Positions 57,063 through 64,000 of a stretch of DNA of 64,000 nucleotides are shown piece after piece. The stretch covers positions 1 to 64,000 of the IMG/VR virus record IMGVR_UViG_3300020048_002392. The stretch is one strand, 5' to 3'. The notes beneath the pieces are model-generated. The model was not told where the DNA came from and made no database searches. It saw only the letters and a list, made by a program, of their open reading frames with translations. The translations under genes were made by a program, and so were the position numbers. This DNA comes from a virus. The number at the start of each line of letters is the position of its first letter. Within the stretch, counting starts at the first letter, position 1.

Positions 57063-57728
57063 ATGTACGTAATAACTGATCACAACACTCAAAACTTTGT
57101 TATCTTGGGTCCTATCGAATGGAAACCAAGATACATGTCAGATATTCTTTCAGATGAATTGGATCAAGACATAGTTATAACTAGAGAAGATGAATCTAGA
57201 GTACCATTTGATGTAGTCCCAGGTGTAACAATTCGAAAATGCATATCAGTGTATGAAGAGATTAATCAAAAGATCCATAGATACGAAGGACCGTTCTGGG
57301 TATACGATGATGGCAACACAGAGTACCAAGCAACTGCTACATGGGAACAACGAAATAAGCCGTTAGAATCCGTAAAAGCAGATCTTAAAAACTTAGTTGC
57401 TGACATAAGATGGAAAAAAGAAGGTAAGGGTGTAACTCTTACTATCCAAGGAACAGAAGTTTGGTGTGATACATCACGCGGCAATAGAGATATCTTTCTT
57501 CAGAAGTATACAATTATGCCAGATAATACAACTATCAATTGGAAATTTCAAAATGCTTGGTTAGAACTTACGAAAGCAGAGCTTGGTACTATTGTGACTG
57601 AAGGGTCTACTTATATACAATCGTGTTTTGATTGGGAAGCTGCTCAGTCAATTATCATTGACAACTGTACTACACTCGCTGAGTTAGATGCGTTGGTGTT
57701 TGCTGAACCGGCCCTTGGGGAAGCTTAA
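57063..57728 (+). CDS. tail fibre-associated protein, DUF4376-like C-terminus
   Basis: RWKKEGKGV, INWK, YIQSCFDWE and TLAELDAL pattern; located among fibre genes. Confidence 0.6.
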   Translation: MYVITDHNTQNFVILGPIEWKPRYMSDILSDELDQDIVITREDESRVPFDVVPGVTIRKCISVYEEINQKIHRYEGPFWVYDDGNTEYQATATWEQRNKPLESVKADLKNLVADIRWKKEGKGVTLTIQGTEVWCDTSRGNRDIFLQKYTIMPDNTTINWKFQNAWLELTKAELGTIVTEGSTYIQSCFDWEAAQSIIIDNCTTLAELDALVFAEPALGEA

Positions 57729-58948
57729 TGTCTGAAAGAGTAGTTACAAACTTCATTGATGATGGCGGGCTTGACATTGGGTGTCATCTCGTATCAAAGG
57801 AGTATGTGCTTGAAAACTACCCAGAACTAGTTCCTTGGATGAAAACACCAGCTCTTTGGACTTGGGGATCCGGTGTGTATGGAAGGCTTGGAAACAATGC
57901 CACAGGTTCTCTTGCATCTCGATCATCTCCGGTACAAACAGTATCAAATGGAACTAACTGGAAGCAGGTTGCAACTGGGCAGTCATATAGTGGTGGCATA
58001 AAAACTGATGGTACTTTATGGTTGTGGGGTTTTAATTTTGCCGGTGGTCTTGGTGATAATACTACTGCGAATAGGTCATCGCCAGTTCAAACGGTGTCGA
58101 ATGTAACCACTTGGAAATCAATTACTGTAAATGGTGCTATGGCTGCTGCAATTAAAACTGATGGCACGCTTTGGACGTGGGGTTTAAATACTTATGGTCA
58201 ATTAGGAAATCAATCAATAACTAATAGATCGTCACCAGTTCAAACAGTATCCAATGTCACTACTTGGAAACAAGTAACCAACTCGTCATTTCAAACTACA
58301 GCCGCAGTTAAAACGGATGGGTCGTTATGGACGTGGGGCTTTGGTGGGTATGGTATCTTAGGAAATCAGTCATTTGTTCATAGATCGTCTCCAGTACAAA
58401 CCGTATCCAATGTCACTACTTGGAAACAAGTAAGTATGGGGTCGAACTTTTCCACTGCCGTTAAATTAGACGGCTCTCTTTGGACTTGGGGATGTGGAGG
58501 TGATGGGCAGTTAGGAAACAATGCAAACGGAAATTCAGGAAGCAGATCTTCTCCAGTGCAAACAGTATCTAATGTCACTACTTGGAAACAAGTAAGCGGT
58601 GGGGACCGAATGACCGCTGCGATTAAGACTGATGGTACACTTTGGTCCTGGGGTTATAACACTAATCGCGCAGTAGGTGATGGGACTACTATTGCTAGGT
58701 CATCGCCTGTCCAAACTGTATCAGGTGGAACCAATTGGCTTAAAGTATCAGCTAGTGGTGTTGTCGCTGGAATTAAAACTGATGGTAGTTTGTGGCTGTG
58801 GGGAAGTGATAACGGCGGCGGTGGTGGTGATAATGTTGGTGTTTTTAGTTCAGGTTCTCCAGTACAGACAATTTCAGCTGGAACTGGTTGGAAGGATGTG
58901 TGTGCTTCTTCAGGATTAATAGCAATCAGAGACGAGGGTGAATTTTAA
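57728..58948 (+). CDS. RCC1-like repeat protein 5
   Basis: Same repeat; N-terminus paralogous to 54563. Confidence 0.88.
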   Translation: MSERVVTNFIDDGGLDIGCHLVSKEYVLENYPELVPWMKTPALWTWGSGVYGRLGNNATGSLASRSSPVQTVSNGTNWKQVATGQSYSGGIKTDGTLWLWGFNFAGGLGDNTTANRSSPVQTVSNVTTWKSITVNGAMAAAIKTDGTLWTWGLNTYGQLGNQSITNRSSPVQTVSNVTTWKQVTNSSFQTTAAVKTDGSLWTWGFGGYGILGNQSFVHRSSPVQTVSNVTTWKQVSMGSNFSTAVKLDGSLWTWGCGGDGQLGNNANGNSGSRSSPVQTVSNVTTWKQVSGGDRMTAAIKTDGTLWSWGYNTNRAVGDGTTIARSSPVQTVSGGTNWLKVSASGVVAGIKTDGSLWLWGSDNGGGGGDNVGVFSSGSPVQTISAGTGWKDVCASSGLIAIRDEGEF

Positions 58949-60144
58949 TGACTAGTAATCCAGTTGGTTTTGAAATAACAAATAGCACGGCGGGGTGGAA
59001 TGGTGCTGACTTTGATGATGTCTTTATTCGCAAGGATTGCTTTCTTGAAGGAGGTCTTTGGGGTTGGGGATTTAATCAGCAAGGTATAATGGGTACTAAT
59101 AATGTCACACCAAGATCTTCTCCAGTGCAAACGATATCTGGCGGAACTAATTGGAGAAGTTTTAGCGCAAAAGGTTTATTTACAGCTAGTGCAATTAAGA
59201 CTGATGGCACGCTTTGGCTCATGGGATATAACACTAATGGTTTTATAGGTGATAACACTCGTACAAACAGATCATCACCAGTACAAACGGTATCCGGTGG
59301 AACTAATTGGAAGTGTGCGACAGCTGGGACATTTTACACTGCAGCAATAAAGAATGATGGCTCTCTTTGGACTTGGGGAGCTAACGCTGCTGGAGGACTA
59401 GGTAATAATAATAGAATCTACAGCTCATCGCCAGTACAAACGGTATCCAGTGGAACCAATTGGAAAAGTGTAAGTTCTTATACGAATACTATCGGAATTA
59501 AAACCGATGGCACTCTTTGGATTTGGGGATCTAATACTGGAGGTACACTAGGTGATAACAGAGCGGTAAACGTATCTTCTCCAGTACAGACATTTTCTGC
59601 AGGAACAAACTGGAAACAAGCAACCACTGGATGGTTTGTGCATGGTGCTGTTAAAACAGATGGCTCGCTTTGGCTGTGGGGTAACGGGAGTGCTACCGGT
59701 GGGCCCGGTTTGCTTGGAAACAATCTTAGGTCCAACGTATCTTCTCCAGTGCAAACAGTATCTAATGTCACTACTTGGAAACAAGTGAGTGCAGGGTGTA
59801 TTCACATGGCGGCAATTAAAACAGATGGATCATTATGGTTATGGGGGTCTGGGGCTAGAGGCTTGCTAGGTACGAATGATGTAATTAATAGAAGTTCTCC
59901 AGTGCAAACAGTTTCAGCAGGAACAAATTGGCGAGTGGTAGATATTGCTTATGCTCATGCCGCAGCAATTAAAACTGATGGCACACTTTGGACTTGGGGT
60001 TATAATGCTAACTCCGGCAGACTTGGCGATAATACTTTGATTAATAGATCATCGCCAGTTCAAACGATTAGCGGCGGAACGAGTTGGAGAAGTATACACA
60101 TTAACTCATCTTCTACTATGGCAACTCGTGAAGACTGCTGGTAA
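58948..60144 (+). CDS. RCC1-like repeat protein 6
   Basis: Same repeat; N-terminus paralogous to 55798. Confidence 0.88.
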   Translation: MTSNPVGFEITNSTAGWNGADFDDVFIRKDCFLEGGLWGWGFNQQGIMGTNNVTPRSSPVQTISGGTNWRSFSAKGLFTASAIKTDGTLWLMGYNTNGFIGDNTRTNRSSPVQTVSGGTNWKCATAGTFYTAAIKNDGSLWTWGANAAGGLGNNNRIYSSSPVQTVSSGTNWKSVSSYTNTIGIKTDGTLWIWGSNTGGTLGDNRAVNVSSPVQTFSAGTNWKQATTGWFVHGAVKTDGSLWLWGNGSATGGPGLLGNNLRSNVSSPVQTVSNVTTWKQVSAGCIHMAAIKTDGSLWLWGSGARGLLGTNDVINRSSPVQTVSAGTNWRVVDIAYAHAAAIKTDGTLWTWGYNANSGRLGDNTLINRSSPVQTISGGTSWRSIHINSSSTMATREDCW

Positions 60145-60160
60145 TAAATAATGATATTAT

Positions 60161-60946
60161 ATGATGGAGTTAAAATTGAAAAAACAATACTATTTTATAT
60201 CCGGGCTTCCACGGTCCGGATCAACTCTTCTTTCAGCAATATTAAAACAGAATCCAGATTTCCATACAGGGATATCTGATAATTTATTATCCCACGTCAG
60301 AAGTCAAATTGAATGCGGAAATGCAGTTCCATCAACAGAATTTGATGAAGAAAAACTAAAAGATATTTTATACGCAACGTTTGATGCATACTACAAGAGT
60401 GTAAAAGAACCGATTATATTCAATACGAATAGACTCTGGACAAATCTGTTGCCAGATCTTAATGCGTTATTTCCATATACAAAAGTATTATGCTGTGTAA
60501 GAGATATTAATCGTATCATAGATTCTTTTGAAAGAATGCATCAAAAGAACCCATTTAAAATATCAACAGTATATTCTAAAGATGTTGATATAAATGTATA
60601 TACCAGATCAGCATCGTTGATGTCAGAGGGTGGCGTTGTCAAACTTCCATACGATTCATTAAAATCTGCATTCACAGGGCAGTTTTCAAATACTATGATG
60701 TTGATAGAGTATGATATACTTACAAAGAACCCTGAAGGTACCATGAAAGCAATATACAATTTCATAGGACAACCTTATTTTCAACACGATTTTAACAATG
60801 TTGAAACTTCATATGATGAATATGATATGAATATTAAATTAAAAGGTTTACATACTACACAAAAGGTGGTACAATATAAGGAAAAGGCGTTTGTCCTTCC
60901 ACCCGACGTGTTGAACCAATTCTCTAACTTAGAAGTATGGAGATAA
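60161..60946 (+). CDS. sulfotransferase family protein
   Basis: PAPS 5'-phosphosulfate loop ISGLPRSGSTLL, 3'-phosphate motif VRD...S, and IEYD.L..NP. Confidence 0.85.
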   Translation: MMELKLKKQYYFISGLPRSGSTLLSAILKQNPDFHTGISDNLLSHVRSQIECGNAVPSTEFDEEKLKDILYATFDAYYKSVKEPIIFNTNRLWTNLLPDLNALFPYTKVLCCVRDINRIIDSFERMHQKNPFKISTVYSKDVDINVYTRSASLMSEGGVVKLPYDSLKSAFTGQFSNTMMLIEYDILTKNPEGTMKAIYNFIGQPYFQHDFNNVETSYDEYDMNIKLKGLHTTQKVVQYKEKAFVLPPDVLNQFSNLEVWR

Positions 60947-60950
60947 GCAA

Positions 60951-61343
60951 ATGAATTTTAGAGAATGCGGTGACTGCACTGCTTGCTGTGATGGGTATAT
61001 CATTGGCAATTCATTTGGAAATATATTCGGGTACGGTAAACCTTGCGTATTCTTAGTCCATAAAAAGTGTACAATCTATAATGATAGACCGCAGTGCTGC
61101 CATAATTTCCAGTGCGCATGGACTCAGAATTTATTCCCTGAATGGATGAAACCAAACAAATGCGGAGTCCTTATATCTGTAGAGATAAATAAGACAGATA
61201 ATATACAGTTCCTAAGAGTAATCGAAATGGTCGAAACTGTAGAGTATTCAGTGTACGCTGAGATTGAGAAATTTTGTAATGAGAATAACACATATTATGT
61301 AAAGGTGCCGTATGAATCCAATAGTAGAGACCCTCGACTATAA
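60951..61343 (+). CDS. YkgJ-like CxxCxxCC metal/Fe-S cluster protein
   Basis: CGDCTACC, C..L, CTIYNDRP..C and F.C.W. Confidence 0.75.
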   Translation: MNFRECGDCTACCDGYIIGNSFGNIFGYGKPCVFLVHKKCTIYNDRPQCCHNFQCAWTQNLFPEWMKPNKCGVLISVEINKTDNIQFLRVIEMVETVEYSVYAEIEKFCNENNTYYVKVPYESNSRDPRL

Positions 61344-62016
61344 GATGCATTTTGATGATGTGGAGTCATACATCATCACTCTAAAAGGAAATACAACTTC
61401 TGAAAGATTATCACTAAGATGTCAACAGAGCTGTGAAAAGATAGATCAAAAGCATCATGTATGGGATGCATTCGATGGTACATCTGGTCAGATCATATAT
61501 CCAGACCATGCAAAGGACCAAGATCATTATCGCTTTCTAAAGCAGATGAACGATAAACTTACTATCACAGAAGTAGCAACCATTCTTAGTCACTACTCCC
61601 TCTGGGCTCACTGTGTAAAGATTGACATTCCTATCGTTATTCTTGAACACGACGCTATCATGGTAAATAAGTATGCTTGGCACGATGGATGGAACCAGAT
61701 AAACTATCTTGGCAACTATAGTCAATTAGAAACAGGTTGGCCGAGCTTTCCTCCGCACTCAGCAGCAACTAAGAACTACAAGTTCATTTGTAGGGCTCAC
61801 GCATATGCAGTAGATCCTGCAGTGGCAAGACAACTAGTGGCACATGTAATTCGCTTTGGGTTAGCAGCCCCGGCCGATATGCTTATAAGAGGAGATATAT
61901 TTCCATTAGTGCAGACTGGGTTCTATGCGTTTGATGCGCCTGAAGAAACAACAATTACTGGAAGAAGAGATGATTGGCACGTAGATGCAAAAGAGATCTT
62001 TTCTACATTTTCATAA
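61312..62016 (+). CDS. glycosyltransferase family 25-like
   Basis: YIITL, AFDG, LSHYSLW..C, ILEHDA, AHAYAV.P..A and D. Confidence 0.75.
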   Translation: MNPIVETLDYKMHFDDVESYIITLKGNTTSERLSLRCQQSCEKIDQKHHVWDAFDGTSGQIIYPDHAKDQDHYRFLKQMNDKLTITEVATILSHYSLWAHCVKIDIPIVILEHDAIMVNKYAWHDGWNQINYLGNYSQLETGWPSFPPHSAATKNYKFICRAHAYAVDPAVARQLVAHVIRFGLAAPADMLIRGDIFPLVQTGFYAFDAPEETTITGRRDDWHVDAKEIFSTFS

Positions 62017-62024
62017 GGACATAT

Positions 62025-62576
62025 ATGATGAAGTTAAATTTAGGCAGTGGAATAAAAAGGTTTCCAGGGTTTCTTAATATTGATAGCGATCCTGGTTGTA
62101 ATCCTGATTACGTAATGAGATTAGGTACAGATTTTTTTCAACTTGGAGATAATACAGTTGATGAAGTCCTTGCTCACCACGTATTTGAACATATTGGCGA
62201 TGGCTTCTTTGATTTTCTAAAGGAACTATATCGTGTATGTGAACACGAAGCAATCATCGATGTTCACGTTCCTCACCCAAGACACGATTTCTTTCTAGGA
62301 GATCTTACACACGTTAGGCCGATTACAATTGAAAATATGAGGCCACTATCAAAAGCATGGTGTGATACACAGTCATATATTAATAGTAGTTGGAGTGGTC
62401 TTGCGAATCAATTAGATGTAGATTTTGAAATAGTAACACACGAATATCTTTTAGATGATACGTTTAAAATAATAATACAAAATGTTGAGAGTAATGAGCA
62501 ACTCGATTGGATGGCAAGATCCATGAACAACGCTATTACAGAAATAAGATTTAAGATGATGGTAATTAAAAAATGA
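62025..62576 (+). CDS. class I SAM-dependent methyltransferase-like protein
   Basis: LNLGSG, NID, HVFEHI, ELYRV, V.VP and DLTH. Start moved to 62025, after AAGGA. Confidence 0.75.
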   Translation: MMKLNLGSGIKRFPGFLNIDSDPGCNPDYVMRLGTDFFQLGDNTVDEVLAHHVFEHIGDGFFDFLKELYRVCEHEAIIDVHVPHPRHDFFLGDLTHVRPITIENMRPLSKAWCDTQSYINSSWSGLANQLDVDFEIVTHEYLLDDTFKIIIQNVESNEQLDWMARSMNNAITEIRFKMMVIKK

Positions 62577-63925
62577 TAGAAGATCTAGTTATTTCTTTAG
62601 ATAAAATGGGTGAGACACCGGCTGCAGTTACATTGCTGGATGCTCTTTCTAGAAATAGTGTAATGTTTGAACACTTCGATGAGGTGGCAAAGAGTTACTT
62701 TAAGATAAAGGAATATGAAAAGGCATATAGAAACGCAGAGAAAGCATTGGCCATGTATAGCGGCCCAGCTACATTTGAAGTAAAGTACAATACGCTAAAC
62801 ACCGCGAACCATGCTAACTATCCAGAAAGAGCAATGACTCTCATAAAACAACTTGAGATCATTAAACCTAACGATATAGATCTTCAGATGGAAAAAGCAT
62901 TTGCATATTTTCTTCTTAATCAAAAGGATAATGCAGAAAAGATTCTACGTGAACAGTTAGAAAACCCAAAGAATGACGAAAAGGTAAAGACTAAGATACG
63001 ATTTAATCTTGGCACGTATGAACTAATGCGCGACGAGTTTCAATCAGGATTACGTAAGTTTTTATTTGAAGGTCGCAAATTAGAATATTGGAAAAAACCC
63101 AGTCTACCATTTACTTTCTGGGAAGGCGATATTCATGAGGGAAAAACTATCTATGTTAGAGCAGAAGCAGGCATAGGTGACGAATTCATTAATGTAAGAT
63201 TTATGAAACATCTTAAGGATCGTGGAATGAATCCAATATGGTTTAGCGAACGAAACGATATGGCCAAGATCATTAAAAGAAATGGTTTTGCAGTTGTATC
63301 AACAGTAGTAGGTGTTCCAGTAAAAGATGATATCTATTGGACTCATTCTATGGATCTTCCTGTATATCTCAATTTGGAATATAAGGATCTTTGGTATGGA
63401 CCATACATTGAACCAGATAAAACTATATCAAATAAATGGAAAGAGTTCTTTAAGGAGTTTGATAATAAACAACTAAACATTGGTATAAGATGGCAAGGCA
63501 ATCCTGGCTATGACCAAGACCTTCATCGTTCAATTCCATTAGCAGATATCATGTCTGCAATACCAAAGAACGCAAACATATTCAGTATTCAACGCGATAC
63601 AGGATTAGAAGAACTTAAAGAGTTTCCACATGTAGTAGATCTTTCTTCTCGCCTTACAGATTTTGAAGAGACTCTTGGCATTATTGATAACCTAGATATT
63701 CTTATAACGAGCTGCACGTCAGTAGGACACGCTGCTGCATCAATGGGTAAGAGAGTTATCATCATAACTCCAATATCAGCGTACTATACGTGGTGTCATA
63801 CTATGAAACAGAGTCCTTGGTACGGTGATAACTTAACTCTGCTTAGACAAAAGAAACCAAGAGTATGGGACGAACCAATTAAAGAATTAAAGGAGGTATT
63901 AAATGGAGAGTTTGGTAATCAATAA
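62573..63925 (+). CDS. TPR-containing glycosyltransferase (GT9-like C-terminus)
   Basis: N-terminal TPR-like helices, EAGIGDE...RF, IGIRWQGNP...RSI, LDILITSCTSVGHAAASMG and SPWY..L.RQ. Confidence 0.8.
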   Translation: MIEDLVISLDKMGETPAAVTLLDALSRNSVMFEHFDEVAKSYFKIKEYEKAYRNAEKALAMYSGPATFEVKYNTLNTANHANYPERAMTLIKQLEIIKPNDIDLQMEKAFAYFLLNQKDNAEKILREQLENPKNDEKVKTKIRFNLGTYELMRDEFQSGLRKFLFEGRKLEYWKKPSLPFTFWEGDIHEGKTIYVRAEAGIGDEFINVRFMKHLKDRGMNPIWFSERNDMAKIIKRNGFAVVSTVVGVPVKDDIYWTHSMDLPVYLNLEYKDLWYGPYIEPDKTISNKWKEFFKEFDNKQLNIGIRWQGNPGYDQDLHRSIPLADIMSAIPKNANIFSIQRDTGLEELKEFPHVVDLSSRLTDFEETLGIIDNLDILITSCTSVGHAAASMGKRVIIITPISAYYTWCHTMKQSPWYGDNLTLLRQKKPRVWDEPIKELKEVLNGEFGNQ

Positions 63926-64000
63926 TTTTTTACCATATCCAAACGTAGTAAGATCTTGGGCTTTATCGAACGAGTTTGTTGATGCAAAAGAATTTTCAAA
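63903..64000 (+). CDS. partial ORF, possibly another 2OG-Fe(II) oxygenase-like protein (cut by window edge)
   Basis: AAGGAGG SD followed by MESLVINNFLPYPNVVRSWAL..., a typical N-terminus of phage 2OG oxygenase-like proteins. Confidence 0.45.
   Translation, partial: MESLVINNFLPYPNVVRSWALSNEFVDAKEFS

Noticed and set aside
52180-60144. Diversity-generating retroelement acting on the RCC1 genes
   Set aside because: No reverse transcriptase is in the window, there is no non-coding template repeat, and differences between similar segments are not confined to adenines.
52180-60144. Recurrent N-x-S sequons (NRSS) as N-glycosylation sites
   Set aside because: They are part of the ordinary RCC1-like repeat consensus, and the nearby TPR glycosyltransferase looks GT9-like rather than HMW1C/GT41-like.
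1-64000. tRNA/rRNA genes, introns, inteins, homing endonucleases, transposases
   Set aside because: None was recognised. Intergenic gaps are mostly too short and core genes have normal lengths. A covariance-model search was not run.

Overview
This window is part of a large T4-like myovirus genome. From left to right it contains: (1) a DNA-modification and nucleotide-sugar block (beta-glucosyltransferase-like enzyme, atypical C5-cytosine methyltransferase, DexA, UDP-uronate epimerase, UDP-glucose dehydrogenase, GT-A glycosyltransferase); (2) replication accessory genes (gp45, gp44, gp62, regA, dUTPase) and an hsp20 gene whose leader looks like a ROSE-type RNA thermometer; (3) the baseplate and tail module (gp29-like, 51, 26, 54-like, 2 and 4 on the minus strand; 48, split 53, hub, 5, an M15 peptidase, 25, 6, 7, 8, a VrlC-like protein and a fibre on the plus strand); (4) an ~11 kb tailoring-enzyme cluster coupled to the fibre gene. 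That cluster has four radical SAM/SPASM-type enzymes, one B12-dependent radical SAM, four Fe(II)/2OG-type oxygenases and several unknown proteins, arranged around a virion-like 196-aa protein ending in CHSSCHTSCHANRGRR. It is the best candidate for an undescribed system, possibly RiPP-like post-translational modification of a virion protein; (5) a long Gly-X-Gln collagen-like fibre, six RCC1-like beta-propeller paralogues with signs of repeat exchange, and a sulfotransferase/glycosyltransferase/methyltransferase block. All product calls come from motif recognition by eye and from gene order; no database searches were run. No tRNA, rRNA, CRISPR array or mobile element was recognised.
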